In this document: piece after piece, positions 45,435 through 55,621 of the stretch
Position numbering within the stretch: position 1 is the stretch's first letter
Layout of the letters: every line of letters starts with the position of its first letter
DNA from: a virus
Taxonomy: Duplodnaviria > Caudoviricetes
IMG/VR virus record: IMGVR_UViG_3300027747_001100
Location: 1-57,235 of that record
Direction: 5' to 3' (one strand)
DNA length: 57,235 bases
Position numbers and translations under genes: made by a program
Notes under the pieces: model-generated
Database searches by the model: none
The model's input: the letters and a program-made list of their open reading frames with translations, nothing else
What the model was told of the DNA's origin: nothing

Positions 45435-48400
45435 ATGCCCTATGATGAGCTAGGCAATTACATTCCTGCTGATACTTTGACCTTGGACGAAATGCGCTAT
45501 GCATTGGCTCATTCAGGACAAAAAGCACCGCCATCTGGCTACGAATACGCTAAAGCCGGAAGCATGCCTTTAAGACCTGGCGGCTCTGATGTGCCGATGC
45601 TACCTGAGGAAGTGTTAAAAACTTTAGTACGTACTCCTCCTCCTGAGCCTAAACCGCCTGTCAGCACGGCAACCAACTTACCTCAAGCAGTAGCCGACCG
45701 TCTTGGTATGAGCGCTATTCCTCAAGCAGCTTTACAGATCGCAACCGCATTCCCAGCTGAACTTGCCAAAGGTATGGGTCAACCTGAAGCTTCAAGGGCA
45801 ATTGCCAATTTTGGTCGACCAACATCGTCTTATGCCAATGCGATCAATGAAGCTTTGGCCGTGGCGCCACAGGTAATTACCGGTTCGCACATGGGCTTTG
45901 GCCCTATGCCTGAGACCTGGATCTCTGGATTAGGCAACATGTCGGCTAACGATGCTCGAGTACTTGCCAAGCAGAACATAGAGCGTGCTCGTGAAATTAG
46001 AGCTATTCCTGAAGATTTCCGGAATGCACGAGCTGGACTTCAAAGAGAGTCAGCACTTGGTGGCAACACATATGGTGGCAATCTACAAAGAGCAGCCGAC
46101 GACATTGGTGATGTCATGTCAAGGAACCAAGCACGTAGATCCGAGTATGCAAGCCCTATGTCTGGGTCGGTCGAAGTCTTTGGTAACATGATGCCTGATA
46201 CAGCGATGTACGCGGTTCGGCCTAACAAGTCCGGTAGTCAAGTTATTCGTGAAGTACCAACGCCTTTGAACCCAGCATATGCAATCACAGGCGATGCAAG
46301 ATTATCGGAAGACTTGGTTGACATTGTTGACCAACAAGGGCCTCGAACAGAGGATCAAAAATCATATCAGCATCTTGATCAATATACGAACTACATTCCA
46401 GGTGACTTTAATAAGTCAGCTAAGGACATGTTCCGTGAATTTATTCGACCTATCATAGCTCAAGAATTCCCTACCACTGAGATGTCGGACTATAGCCGTG
46501 CAATTCATGCAAAGTATGGCAATAAAGCAAATGACTGGTACAAAAAGCACCTTGAAGCGTTTGCTCAGCTTCCTGAAGCTAAGATACACAATGAAAAAGC
46601 TTTCCACATGGCAATGTCTGACCCAGATATTCCGAACCCATTTGAGTTCCTTCGCGATGTGTTAATCATTCCGCCTAGTGCTGAGTTCAAAGGCAAGAAA
46701 GCCGCTGATGATTGGGTAATGAACAACCTACAAAACTACTTGGTTGAACATCTTGGTACACCTAATGACCCAGCACTAAAGGTTGTTGCCGAGACAGGGC
46801 GAACAGGATTAGATGAAGAAAAGCTAAACCAAATTGTGGGCAATCAACGATTGGCTGATGAAGCCAGAGACTTACGTGCAAGAGCAGGTATGCCAACAGA
46901 AGGCACCTATGAGCGTGAGATTGACCAAACAAGAAACTTGCTAGGTGAAAACAATACGGTTATTCAGATTCTCCAAGACAGAGAGAATGAGCTTATAGAA
47001 GCAAACCCAGGTGTTCGGCCACAAGACATCCCAGGTTGGAAAGAAGCTCGTAAGGAAGTCACACAAGCTACTAAGCGTAAAGATGAGACAACCAAGAAAC
47101 TTGACAACTTAACTAAAGCACAAGCTCTTGAAAACTATAATGACACGCAAATCAAAATAGCTAACGAGGCAGACTTTGCCACAAACATGGAACCGTACTT
47201 TAAAGAGCGGTTTCCAATGCTTCCTACGAACAAGGATATTGCATTCCAAATGCGTGTTCCTGCTCAGTTCCGAGAGCTTGCTAAAGACACTCAAAATCGT
47301 CTTGCCGTTTCCGGAGCACCCGGCATTAAGAACATAGTTAAGGCCGAAGACATTGCTAGTTATTCCGTGCCTAAGGCAGTACAAATCCGCGCTGAGATGA
47401 TGATGCAACGCGAAAAGATGACTGCAAAAGCAGCTAAAGCTAATGAACAAAAGCTGATGGCTCACACCAAGAATCGCATGGATTCTATGCCACAAGATGG
47501 CACATTCGGCCCTGCAACCGTGGGTCGTATCGGCGTCGGACTTGGGTCTGATCAAGTTAAGGCCGACTTATCCGACATTACGTATTGGATGGACCATTGT
47601 ATTGGTCGTGGTGGCAGCCCTTCTAGCAAGACATTGTCGCCATTTGCGCTAATGCTTGGCGCTGATAACGCGCCTTCACGTGGCAAGTATCGCCAATACC
47701 AACCTTTAGTACTAAGTCATTTAGGCAATAGAGTGCCGCCTGGTTCATCAGGTGCAATGACAAGCTACATAAACGACGTTATGAGTGGCTCATCACAGAT
47801 CATAGACTTCCGTGATACAGCTACTGGCATTCCATATGCAACGCTAAACTTAAAGCCGTCTAATAACGATAAAACTAAGTTCCGAATTGGTGAGTTCTAC
47901 GGTTATCAAGACGGCAAAGTGCAAGGCCCTATGGTTCCAGGCCGTGGTCGTGAGTACACCGCTGAAGAAATTCAACCGTATCGCCAAGCAGTTGCTGATT
48001 GGGCAAATAGCCAAGCCGATTCTTTAGTACCTACATCAGGTGACTACTTAATTGACCATGCAGACGTCTACGATTTAGAGTATTCTGACCATAGAAACAG
48101 TTTGGCTAGGCAGCTTGGCGTTAATGTTAAAGAAGCCAAAGAAATGGCATTCACTATGGGCAAGCGCTTTGTCACAGGCGATGAAGCTAAGCAGCTTTGG
48201 AAAGCCAGCAAAGAAGTGACTAAGGAATCAGTTGAAAGCTTAAGAGCTGCTCGTGATGAGTTATCTGACCAGATTAGAGAAGGTGAAGACCCAGATAGCA
48301 GCTACGGTGAAGAAGCACTAGATGATCTTCGTAACCAACTTGCCGATCTTGATAGTCGTATTGCTGCCATGGAAAATCGTCCGCCTATTGGTGCAAGAGC

Positions 48401-49871
48401 AGTCACACAAACAGTCCAATTGATGCCTGACTGGAATCGTATGGTCAACGACATTCGTGAAGACACTCGTACTCAGCTAGACACAAATGATGCAGCAGCA
48501 ATGGCTAATGCAATTGTGGAAACACAGAATCTATTTACATTTAGTCAGCAGCCGCATGAGTTTGTAGCCGAGCTTGAACGACGTGCAGATCAATTTGAGA
48601 ATAACAATGAGAACCGCGAAGAAGTTGCTAGAGCAATTCGTAACGTAGCTATGGGCTATGACAGTCAGATCATTAATGACCCTGTACCTGTCATAGCTCA
48701 AGCACCTGCACCACAAATTGAGGACTTAGACACACAGTTGTTTGGTATAACTAATATTATTCGTGAAAACTATGGCAATACTGTTGCCAACGTAGTAGAC
48801 TTTACTGTTGCTAGTGTAACTGACCAAGCAGGTAGTATTAATGACAACCCACGTCGATGGATTGACACATTGCGTCAAGACTCATTGAACTATCGAAATG
48901 AGACTCGTCAAGCATTAGATGAATTAGCAAATGAACTAGAAGCAGCATACACTGTACAAGAGCCTGATGAACAAGTTCTGCCGCTTACTGACATACAGAT
49001 CTCAGATATAGCATCAGACTATGTTAACAGTCTTGATGATCAGCACCCTAATGCAATTCGTCAAGAAGCTCAAGACATGAGAAACGGTATGACCGATCTT
49101 CCTGAGCTTCTTGGCTTACATGATGAGCAAGAACTTGATGCTCGAAATCAAATAGCTAATGCAATGGAAGCATATGCTGACATGATGGAAGACATGGAGC
49201 CACCGGCTCAACTAACAGATCAACAGCAATTTGAGCAACGAATTATAGATGAAGCTTTGCATTTTCCAAGGCATTGGTATCAACGCTACCCAGATATTCC
49301 GCATGGTGTAGTAACAGGGATTATGCAAAGACTTCGTGCTGCAGATCGTGATTTTGTAGGTATGAGAGAAGCTGCTCAAGATAGAGAACAAGGCACAATC
49401 TTTGCAGGAATTGGTCAACATGCTCGTGACCAAGCTGTTGCAATGATCAATGATATTGGAAATCGTTATCAGAATGAAATACAACGTTTAGATAATCAGC
49501 CACAACTACCGCCACCTGAAGGCCATAAGCGCGGTGGGTATATTAAGAAAAACACTGGTGGTAAAATAGAGCCCATGTCTCCTTCGCCAAGCGTTAATGA
49601 CCAAAGCAAACCAGTTATACCAGTAAAGAAGATACATAACCCAGATGCTCCGGAATTTAAAGACATACTGAACCGTGAAAGAGATGCACTAAAGCAAATA
49701 CTTAGCGACTCACAAATCGGCGACAAAATTAGAGGCAGTGCTATTCGTCCAAGTGGCGGCGGTGGCGGGGCTGATATTAAGCAGATGATGAACCCAAGAA
49801 ATATTACATATCGAAAAGGTGGCGATGTCAATCTTGACACCATGCGCTACGAACTATTAAGGAAACACTGA
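45435..49871 (+). CDS. Very large protein of unknown function with a PcfJ-like central domain (putative internal/ejected protein)
   Basis: MDHCIG...IIDFRDxxTGIPYATL...IGEFYG; acidic helical C-terminal half; terminal HKRGG and YRKGG. Confidence 0.7.
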   Translation: MPYDELGNYIPADTLTLDEMRYALAHSGQKAPPSGYEYAKAGSMPLRPGGSDVPMLPEEVLKTLVRTPPPEPKPPVSTATNLPQAVADRLGMSAIPQAALQIATAFPAELAKGMGQPEASRAIANFGRPTSSYANAINEALAVAPQVITGSHMGFGPMPETWISGLGNMSANDARVLAKQNIERAREIRAIPEDFRNARAGLQRESALGGNTYGGNLQRAADDIGDVMSRNQARRSEYASPMSGSVEVFGNMMPDTAMYAVRPNKSGSQVIREVPTPLNPAYAITGDARLSEDLVDIVDQQGPRTEDQKSYQHLDQYTNYIPGDFNKSAKDMFREFIRPIIAQEFPTTEMSDYSRAIHAKYGNKANDWYKKHLEAFAQLPEAKIHNEKAFHMAMSDPDIPNPFEFLRDVLIIPPSAEFKGKKAADDWVMNNLQNYLVEHLGTPNDPALKVVAETGRTGLDEEKLNQIVGNQRLADEARDLRARAGMPTEGTYEREIDQTRNLLGENNTVIQILQDRENELIEANPGVRPQDIPGWKEARKEVTQATKRKDETTKKLDNLTKAQALENYNDTQIKIANEADFATNMEPYFKERFPMLPTNKDIAFQMRVPAQFRELAKDTQNRLAVSGAPGIKNIVKAEDIASYSVPKAVQIRAEMMMQREKMTAKAAKANEQKLMAHTKNRMDSMPQDGTFGPATVGRIGVGLGSDQVKADLSDITYWMDHCIGRGGSPSSKTLSPFALMLGADNAPSRGKYRQYQPLVLSHLGNRVPPGSSGAMTSYINDVMSGSSQIIDFRDTATGIPYATLNLKPSNNDKTKFRIGEFYGYQDGKVQGPMVPGRGREYTAEEIQPYRQAVADWANSQADSLVPTSGDYLIDHADVYDLEYSDHRNSLARQLGVNVKEAKEMAFTMGKRFVTGDEAKQLWKASKEVTKESVESLRAARDELSDQIREGEDPDSSYGEEALDDLRNQLADLDSRIAAMENRPPIGARAVTQTVQLMPDWNRMVNDIREDTRTQLDTNDAAAMANAIVETQNLFTFSQQPHEFVAELERRADQFENNNENREEVARAIRNVAMGYDSQIINDPVPVIAQAPAPQIEDLDTQLFGITNIIRENYGNTVANVVDFTVASVTDQAGSINDNPRRWIDTLRQDSLNYRNETRQALDELANELEAAYTVQEPDEQVLPLTDIQISDIASDYVNSLDDQHPNAIRQEAQDMRNGMTDLPELLGLHDEQELDARNQIANAMEAYADMMEDMEPPAQLTDQQQFEQRIIDEALHFPRHWYQRYPDIPHGVVTGIMQRLRAADRDFVGMREAAQDREQGTIFAGIGQHARDQAVAMINDIGNRYQNEIQRLDNQPQLPPPEGHKRGGYIKKNTGGKIEPMSPSPSVNDQSKPVIPVKKIHNPDAPEFKDILNRERDALKQILSDSQIGDKIRGSAIRPSGGGGGADIKQMMNPRNITYRKGGDVNLDTMRYELLRKH

Positions 49872-52435
49872 TGCCTGAAATGCCAATTGAACAAGACTAT
49901 GGTCGTTATATAGAAGGTCAAGAGTCAGTCAACAATGAGAACAACCTTGAAGGTGAAGAGTCTATTTATGAGATCTTCGATCAGCCTTCTGATGTAGAAG
50001 AGCTTGAAGATGGCTCTGCAATTGTTAAGCTTAGTGATCTAAAAGGCCCTGAAGAGAACCCTGACTTCTACGAAAACTTAGCTGAGTCGATTCCATCTTA
50101 TGAGCTAGACAAAATTGCTCTTAAGTTTCTAGATCTAATTGATAAAGATAAACAAGCTCGTGAAGAGCGTGACAAGCAATATGAAGAAGGATTACGTCGC
50201 ACAGGACTAGGCCATGATGCCCCTGGCGGTGCTCAGTTCCAAGGAGCTTCCAAGGTAGTCCATCCAATTATGGCAGAAGCATGTGTGGACTTTGCTGCGA
50301 AAGCAGTTAAGGAATTGTTCCCACCTGACGGACCTGTTAAAACCAAGATCATTGGTGAAACTACAGAAGCTAAAGTTGAAAAAGCCGAGCGTAAGCGCGA
50401 CTACATGAACTGGCAGCTAACAGAGCAAATTGAAGAGTATCGAGACGAGCAAGAGCAGATGCTAACGCAATTGCCACTTGGCGGTTCTCAGTTTATGAAG
50501 CTCTGGTATGATGACCAAAAGAAACGGCCTTGTGCCGAGTTTGTGCCAATTGATAACATCTACTTGCCATTTTCTGCAGGTAACTTTTATACAGCAGCTC
50601 GTGTTACTGAAGTCCAAGATATTACCGAAGAAGAGTTTGAGATTCGTATATCTTCAAATCTTTACACTGACATTAACGTGTTTAGAACAACTGAACTGCC
50701 TGAAGAGTCTAAGCCTGAAAAAGCAAACAATAAGATCGAAGGACGTTCATCAAAGTCTGACAACATAGACGGTATACGTCGTGTGTACCACATCACCACA
50801 TGGCTTGAGTTAGAAGATGACAAGTTTTCTAATGCAGAAAGAGCACCGTACATTCTTATGATTGATGAGAATGAGCGGTGTGTTGTAGGCCTTTATAGGA
50901 ACTGGGAAGATGGAGACGACACATATACTAAGTTGGATTGGATCATTGAGTTTAAATTCATTCCTTGGCGTGGGGCTTATGCTATCGGTTTGCCTCATCT
51001 CATTGGTGGTCTTTCTGCTGCTCTTACTGGCGCATTGCGTGCTTTATTGGATTCTGCACACATTAATACTGCTCCTACCATGCTCAAACTCAAAGGAGCC
51101 AAGATCAGTGGACAAAGCCAAACAATCGAGCCAACACAAGTAGCCGAAATAGAAGGTGCGCCAGGAGTAGATGATGTTCGTAAAATCGCCATGCCAGTTC
51201 CATTTAACCAGCCAAGCCCAGTGCTATTCTCTTTACTCGGATGGCTTAACGATGCAGCGAAAGGCGTGGTTACAACATCAGAAGAGAAGATCGCCGATGC
51301 AGGCAACAACATGCCTGTTGGTACAGCCCAAGCTCTCATCGAGCAAGGCGCATCGGTTTACTCTTCAATCCATGCAAGACTGCATGATTCGCAAAAACGA
51401 GTCTTTAAGATTCTGGCACGACTCAATCGCTGGTATTTGGATGAGCAACGTAAAGTTGATATGCCTGAAGGCTTGGAAGTTAGCCCTGAAGACTTTACTG
51501 TTAATACCGATATTGTTCCTGTGTCTGATCCTCATATCTTTGCAGAAAGTCAACGCTATGCTCAGATTCAGACTCTTGCAGCAAGAGCACAAGCAAACCC
51601 CGACTTATACAATCGTCTTGCAGTGGAAAAACGTATCCTCAAACAGATCAAACTACCTGATGTAAATGAAGTATTGCCTGACCCACAAGATGTAAAAGAT
51701 ATGAATGCCGCATTGGAAAACGTAGCAATGACACTAGGCAAACCTGCTGGTGCATTCCCAATGCAAGACCATTTAGCACATTTACAAGTGCACTTAGACT
51801 ATCTAAAAGATCCAATGTATGGAGCAAACCCAATCATTGCACCGGCATTTATACCACAATGCTTAGAGCATATTAAGCAGCATTTAACATTGTGGTACTT
51901 AAACCAAATGGACGGATATACTTCAGCGGCATTGGATAGACCGTTTAATGTGCTTAAAGTAGAGCCTATCATGAGAGAAGCTCAGCAATTGTTAGCAGCT
52001 GCTGGACAACACGTTCATCAAGATGTGCAGCAACAATTGGCAGGCATACAACCAATGGTTCAAGCAGCATTACAAATGTTGCAACAAACTAAGCAACAGC
52101 AACCACAAGACCCAAGTGTTCAAGCAATTGTTCAGACTCAGATGGCTGAAACGCAGCGTAAAGCTCAAGCGGATCAAGCAAGAGCACAGATTGACAATAA
52201 GAAGATCGATGCTGATATGAAGAAAGCAACTGATCGTCTAATTGCTGATGAGCAGATGAAAGCAGCTGAGTTAACGCATGACATCAACACATTAACAATT
52301 GAGCGGAAATACGAACTTCAACAAGCTCAACAAGATCAAATGGCAGCAATGCAGCAAGCCGAGCAGCAAAAACAGTCTGAAGCTCAAGCAGCAATGCCAG
52401 CACCTCAGACTGCTCAACAACCAGTCCAACCTTAG
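49871..52435 (+). CDS. Portal protein (P22-like, long C-terminal barrel)
   Basis: ASKVVHPIMAEAC...LFPPDGPVKT...LPLGGSQFMK...PVSDPHIF; Q-rich C-terminal coiled coil. Confidence 0.85.
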   Translation: MPEMPIEQDYGRYIEGQESVNNENNLEGEESIYEIFDQPSDVEELEDGSAIVKLSDLKGPEENPDFYENLAESIPSYELDKIALKFLDLIDKDKQAREERDKQYEEGLRRTGLGHDAPGGAQFQGASKVVHPIMAEACVDFAAKAVKELFPPDGPVKTKIIGETTEAKVEKAERKRDYMNWQLTEQIEEYRDEQEQMLTQLPLGGSQFMKLWYDDQKKRPCAEFVPIDNIYLPFSAGNFYTAARVTEVQDITEEEFEIRISSNLYTDINVFRTTELPEESKPEKANNKIEGRSSKSDNIDGIRRVYHITTWLELEDDKFSNAERAPYILMIDENERCVVGLYRNWEDGDDTYTKLDWIIEFKFIPWRGAYAIGLPHLIGGLSAALTGALRALLDSAHINTAPTMLKLKGAKISGQSQTIEPTQVAEIEGAPGVDDVRKIAMPVPFNQPSPVLFSLLGWLNDAAKGVVTTSEEKIADAGNNMPVGTAQALIEQGASVYSSIHARLHDSQKRVFKILARLNRWYLDEQRKVDMPEGLEVSPEDFTVNTDIVPVSDPHIFAESQRYAQIQTLAARAQANPDLYNRLAVEKRILKQIKLPDVNEVLPDPQDVKDMNAALENVAMTLGKPAGAFPMQDHLAHLQVHLDYLKDPMYGANPIIAPAFIPQCLEHIKQHLTLWYLNQMDGYTSAALDRPFNVLKVEPIMREAQQLLAAAGQHVHQDVQQQLAGIQPMVQAALQMLQQTKQQQPQDPSVQAIVQTQMAETQRKAQADQARAQIDNKKIDADMKKATDRLIADEQMKAAELTHDINTLTIERKYELQQAQQDQMAAMQQAEQQKQSEAQAAMPAPQTAQQPVQP

Positions 52436-52444
52436 GAGATAGAC

Positions 52445-52726
52445 ATGACTGAAGCAATTAACGCCCATAAAAAGATGGCTATGGGTATTACAGAGGGCAA
52501 TGTGATGAAGAAGGGCGGAGCCGTTAAGCGTTATGCCAGCGGTGGCGCAGTTTCTGAATCAAAAGCAGCAAACCTTCCAGCAATGGGTGACAAACGCAAT
52601 GCGGGTGTTGACTTTAATGCAGGTAAGGCTAAAGTAGCAACCATGAAAAAAGGTGGAATGACTAAAAAGCCTTCGATCATGATCGCAGTGGCGATCCCTA
52701 AAAAGAGCGCTGGCCGAGGCCGTTAA
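52445..52726 (+). CDS. Small basic protein with xx-GG motifs
   Basis: MKKGG, YASGG, MKKGG; SD aggag. Confidence 0.7.
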   Translation: MTEAINAHKKMAMGITEGNVMKKGGAVKRYASGGAVSESKAANLPAMGDKRNAGVDFNAGKAKVATMKKGGMTKKPSIMIAVAIPKKSAGRGR

Positions 52727-52914
52727 TGCAATTTATTAATGTCTTCATTGGGAGGATTAACGAGAAAAAGCAAGAAATTGCTGAAGCAATGGTAAACGGT
52801 AATTGTGTAAACTTTGAAAGTTACCAGAGACTCGTTGGTCAAAGCATAGGCCTGCAAGAGGCCTTGAATGTTTTAAATGACTTATTAGAAGAGGACAAAA
52901 AAGATGTCGAATGA
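52726..52914 (+). CDS. Small conserved head-module protein
   Basis: FESYQRLVGQSIGL motif; precedes GroES. Confidence 0.65.
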   Translation: MQFINVFIGRINEKKQEIAEAMVNGNCVNFESYQRLVGQSIGLQEALNVLNDLLEEDKKDVE

Positions 52915-53326
52915 CATGGAACAAACGCTTGAAGAAGCGTTTCCAATAGTAGACCCACTCATGGCACCTTACGGTGCAAGAGTCCTTGTTCAGTTAAGGG
53001 CTGTAAAAGAGAAGGTTACTAGCGCTGGGATTTATATTCCAGAAGAAGTAAAAGAAACAGAGAAGTGGAACACGATGATCGGTAAAGTAATTGCCATCGG
53101 ACCTTTAGCATTTTGTATGCGTGAAAGTGCAGAACCTTGGCCTGAAGGAGCATGGGCTAAAGTTGGTGACTTTGTACGTGTACCAAAATGGGGTGGGGAT
53201 CGTTGGGAAATTGACTTTAAAGATGAGCAAGGCGCTAAAGGTAAAGCATTATTTACATTCTTTAACGACCATGAACTTATTGGCAAAGTAACCGGTGACC
53301 CTCGTGATATTAAAGCATTCATTTAA
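52904..53326 (+). CDS. groES: GroES-like co-chaperonin
   Basis: PYGARVLVQ...TSAGIYIP...GKVIAIGP...KVGDFV...NDHELIG. Confidence 0.85.
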   Translation: MSNDMEQTLEEAFPIVDPLMAPYGARVLVQLRAVKEKVTSAGIYIPEEVKETEKWNTMIGKVIAIGPLAFCMRESAEPWPEGAWAKVGDFVRVPKWGGDRWEIDFKDEQGAKGKALFTFFNDHELIGKVTGDPRDIKAFI

Positions 53327-53347
53327 AGTTTTGAAAGGACAAACTGT

Positions 53348-54319
53348 ATGAATCCGACTGAAAAGATGGAAATGCAAGTGGAAGAATCACAAGATGGTAG
53401 TGCAATTGTTGCATTGCCTGAAGGAGAAGAAAATCCGCAAGTAGTAGCAAACAGTAATGATCAAGATGATTTTGATGATGACAATGATGATGCATTAGAT
53501 CATCAAGATGCAAAGAGCGATGACTCTGATCAAAATAGCATGACGATCGAAGAACTTCGCAATACAAGACGTGAAGAGCGACGTTTACGCCGTAAGATTC
53601 ATAAACAAAAGAATAATCATTTAGTTGATGCACTAAAGAAGCAGAATGCTGATCTATCTAACCGACTGGCAGCAGTTGAGAAGAAGACATCAGGTGCTGA
53701 ATTAGCTCGTGTGGACAAGGCAATTGAAGATGCTGGTGTTCAGGTCGAGTACGCCAAGATGAAAATGAAAGAAGCAGTGTCCATCAGTGACGGTGAAGGA
53801 CTAGCTAAAGCACAAGAGCTATGGTACGAATCAAAGAGAAAGATGGAATCTCTTGAGACACTAAAGCAAAATGCCACAAAGCACATGTCTCAAACTAATC
53901 AGAACATTCAAGCGCCGGACCCAATGGTTCAGAGATTGGCCGCTGATTGGATGGAAGACAACCCATGGTATGACCCAAACGGTCGAAATGAAGAGTCACA
54001 GATTGCTCAGATGATTGATAAGCGATTGACAGAAGAAGGGTTTGACCCCACTTCTGAAGATTATTGGGATGAACTTGATTCTAGAATGAGAAGATATATG
54101 CCTAGACAGCAAAGCAACCAAAAAGCTGCAAGGCCTAGATCTGTTATGACTAGTTCAGGCAGAGACTCAACTGCAACAACTAAATCTAATGAGTTTAGAC
54201 TCAGTCCAGATCGTGTTGCGGCAATCAAAGAAGCAGGATTGTGGGATAACCCACAAACTCGTCAAAATGCCATTCGGAAGTATGCCGAGTGGGACCGTAA
54301 CAATAAGAATAGAGGTTAA
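53348..54319 (+). CDS. Putative capsid scaffolding protein
   Basis: Acidic N-terminus, long coiled coil and WMEDNPWY; lies between portal and capsid. Confidence 0.6.
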   Translation: MNPTEKMEMQVEESQDGSAIVALPEGEENPQVVANSNDQDDFDDDNDDALDHQDAKSDDSDQNSMTIEELRNTRREERRLRRKIHKQKNNHLVDALKKQNADLSNRLAAVEKKTSGAELARVDKAIEDAGVQVEYAKMKMKEAVSISDGEGLAKAQELWYESKRKMESLETLKQNATKHMSQTNQNIQAPDPMVQRLAADWMEDNPWYDPNGRNEESQIAQMIDKRLTEEGFDPTSEDYWDELDSRMRRYMPRQQSNQKAARPRSVMTSSGRDSTATTKSNEFRLSPDRVAAIKEAGLWDNPQTRQNAIRKYAEWDRNNKNRG

Positions 54320-54321
54320 TC

Positions 54322-54855
54322 ATGGAACAACGTATTAAGAAAAATCTACATGCAGGCCGTGAAAGCCGTGGTGCAGAAGACAGAGCAAGAACTGAACCTG
54401 CAGAGAAGTTTGTCTCCAATGAAGAGAAACGTAGAATGTTCAGAAATGAGTGGGTTCAAGAAGCTTTGCCTACTCCTCCGGAAATTCCTGGTTTTCATCT
54501 TTGCTGGCTTGCAACCAATAATCAGTATGACCCAATTCATAAGCGTATGCGTATGGGCTATACACCAGTTCGTGCTGATGAGATGCCAGGATTCGAGAAC
54601 TATCGAGTCAAGGCTGGTGAACAAGAAGGCTTTATTGCATGTAATGAAATGATGCTTTATAAACTTCCTGAAGAAGTTTATCAAGACATTATGGCAGAAA
54701 TGCATCACCATGCACCAATGGATGAGCAAGAAAAGATCAAAGTGCAACAAGATCAACTTCTAAATGCCAAGGACAGTAACGGTAAGCGTCTTGGTTCTAT
54801 AGAAGGCGACGGTATGGAATTTGACTTAAGCCGTAAAACTCCGAAATTTGATTAA
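54322..54855 (+). CDS. Conserved head-module protein, hypothetical
   Basis: LPTPPEIPGFHLCW...RMRMGYTPV...MMLYKLPEE. Confidence 0.7.
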   Translation: MEQRIKKNLHAGRESRGAEDRARTEPAEKFVSNEEKRRMFRNEWVQEALPTPPEIPGFHLCWLATNNQYDPIHKRMRMGYTPVRADEMPGFENYRVKAGEQEGFIACNEMMLYKLPEEVYQDIMAEMHHHAPMDEQEKIKVQQDQLLNAKDSNGKRLGSIEGDGMEFDLSRKTPKFD

Positions 54856-54866
54856 AAATAGTTGTG

Positions 54867-55001
54867 AACACCGTGTTCTTTTCTCAGAGCACGGTGTTAA
54901 AATGCTCTCATATATTTAAGCGGAGTAGTTATTCGCTTAGTCAAGTCCAACGACTTAAAATTGCGGTAATAGCAATTTTGCCATTCAGCTTTGTAGAAAG
55001 C
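54867..55001 (+). promoter_or_regulatory. Structured intergenic leader with five consecutive hairpins upstream of the capsid genes
   Basis: Inverted repeats at 54867-54898, 54917-54939, 54943-54956, 54957-54979 and 54988-55001. Confidence 0.5.
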
Positions 55002-55042
55002 AGAAAACTTAATTTTTATTGACCCATTTTAAGGAGCAACTT

Positions 55043-55609
55043 ATGTCTGCAACATCTGCACCATTTGGCATGCGCCCTGTGTACCATCCGACTGGTTTGG
55101 ATCGTGCTTTTGTGCTAGCAAATGGTATTACTTCGGGCTATGCCCAAAACTTATTAAAAGGTCAACCTGTCTATCTGTCTGGTGGTGTTATCGTCCGTTC
55201 TGACGGTACTGACACAATCCAAGGCGCATTTGACGGTGTTGAATGGACCGACACAACTGGTCGTCGTCGTGTAAGTAACTATTGGCCTGCTAGTACTTCT
55301 GGCACATCAATCGTTGCTTATTTCTACCAAGATCAGCAAATCGTATACGAGATTCAATCTGATGCAACTTTGGCACAAACCTCTATTGGTAGCCAATTTG
55401 ACATTAGCTCTCCATACGCCGGTTCAACAACTACTGGTCTTTCAGCCTGCACATTGAGTGCAAGTTCTGGTACAACCAGCGGTAACAATCTCCTTCGCGT
55501 GATTGACATTGCTCCGTATCCGGACAACAACTGGGGCGATGCATATGTCATCGTACGTGTTCAAATCTCGCAACAGCAGTTTACTGCTAACGTTGCAGCC
55601 ATTAGTTAA
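55043..55609 (+). CDS. Capsid-associated (cement/decoration) protein
   Basis: MSATSAPFGMRP...; ATG at 55043 follows SD aaggag; directly upstream of the major capsid gene. Confidence 0.7.
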   Translation: MSATSAPFGMRPVYHPTGLDRAFVLANGITSGYAQNLLKGQPVYLSGGVIVRSDGTDTIQGAFDGVEWTDTTGRRRVSNYWPASTSGTSIVAYFYQDQQIVYEIQSDATLAQTSIGSQFDISSPYAGSTTTGLSACTLSASSGTTSGNNLLRVIDIAPYPDNNWGDAYVIVRVQISQQQFTANVAAIS

Positions 55610-55621
55610 GGAGAGTAGAAC

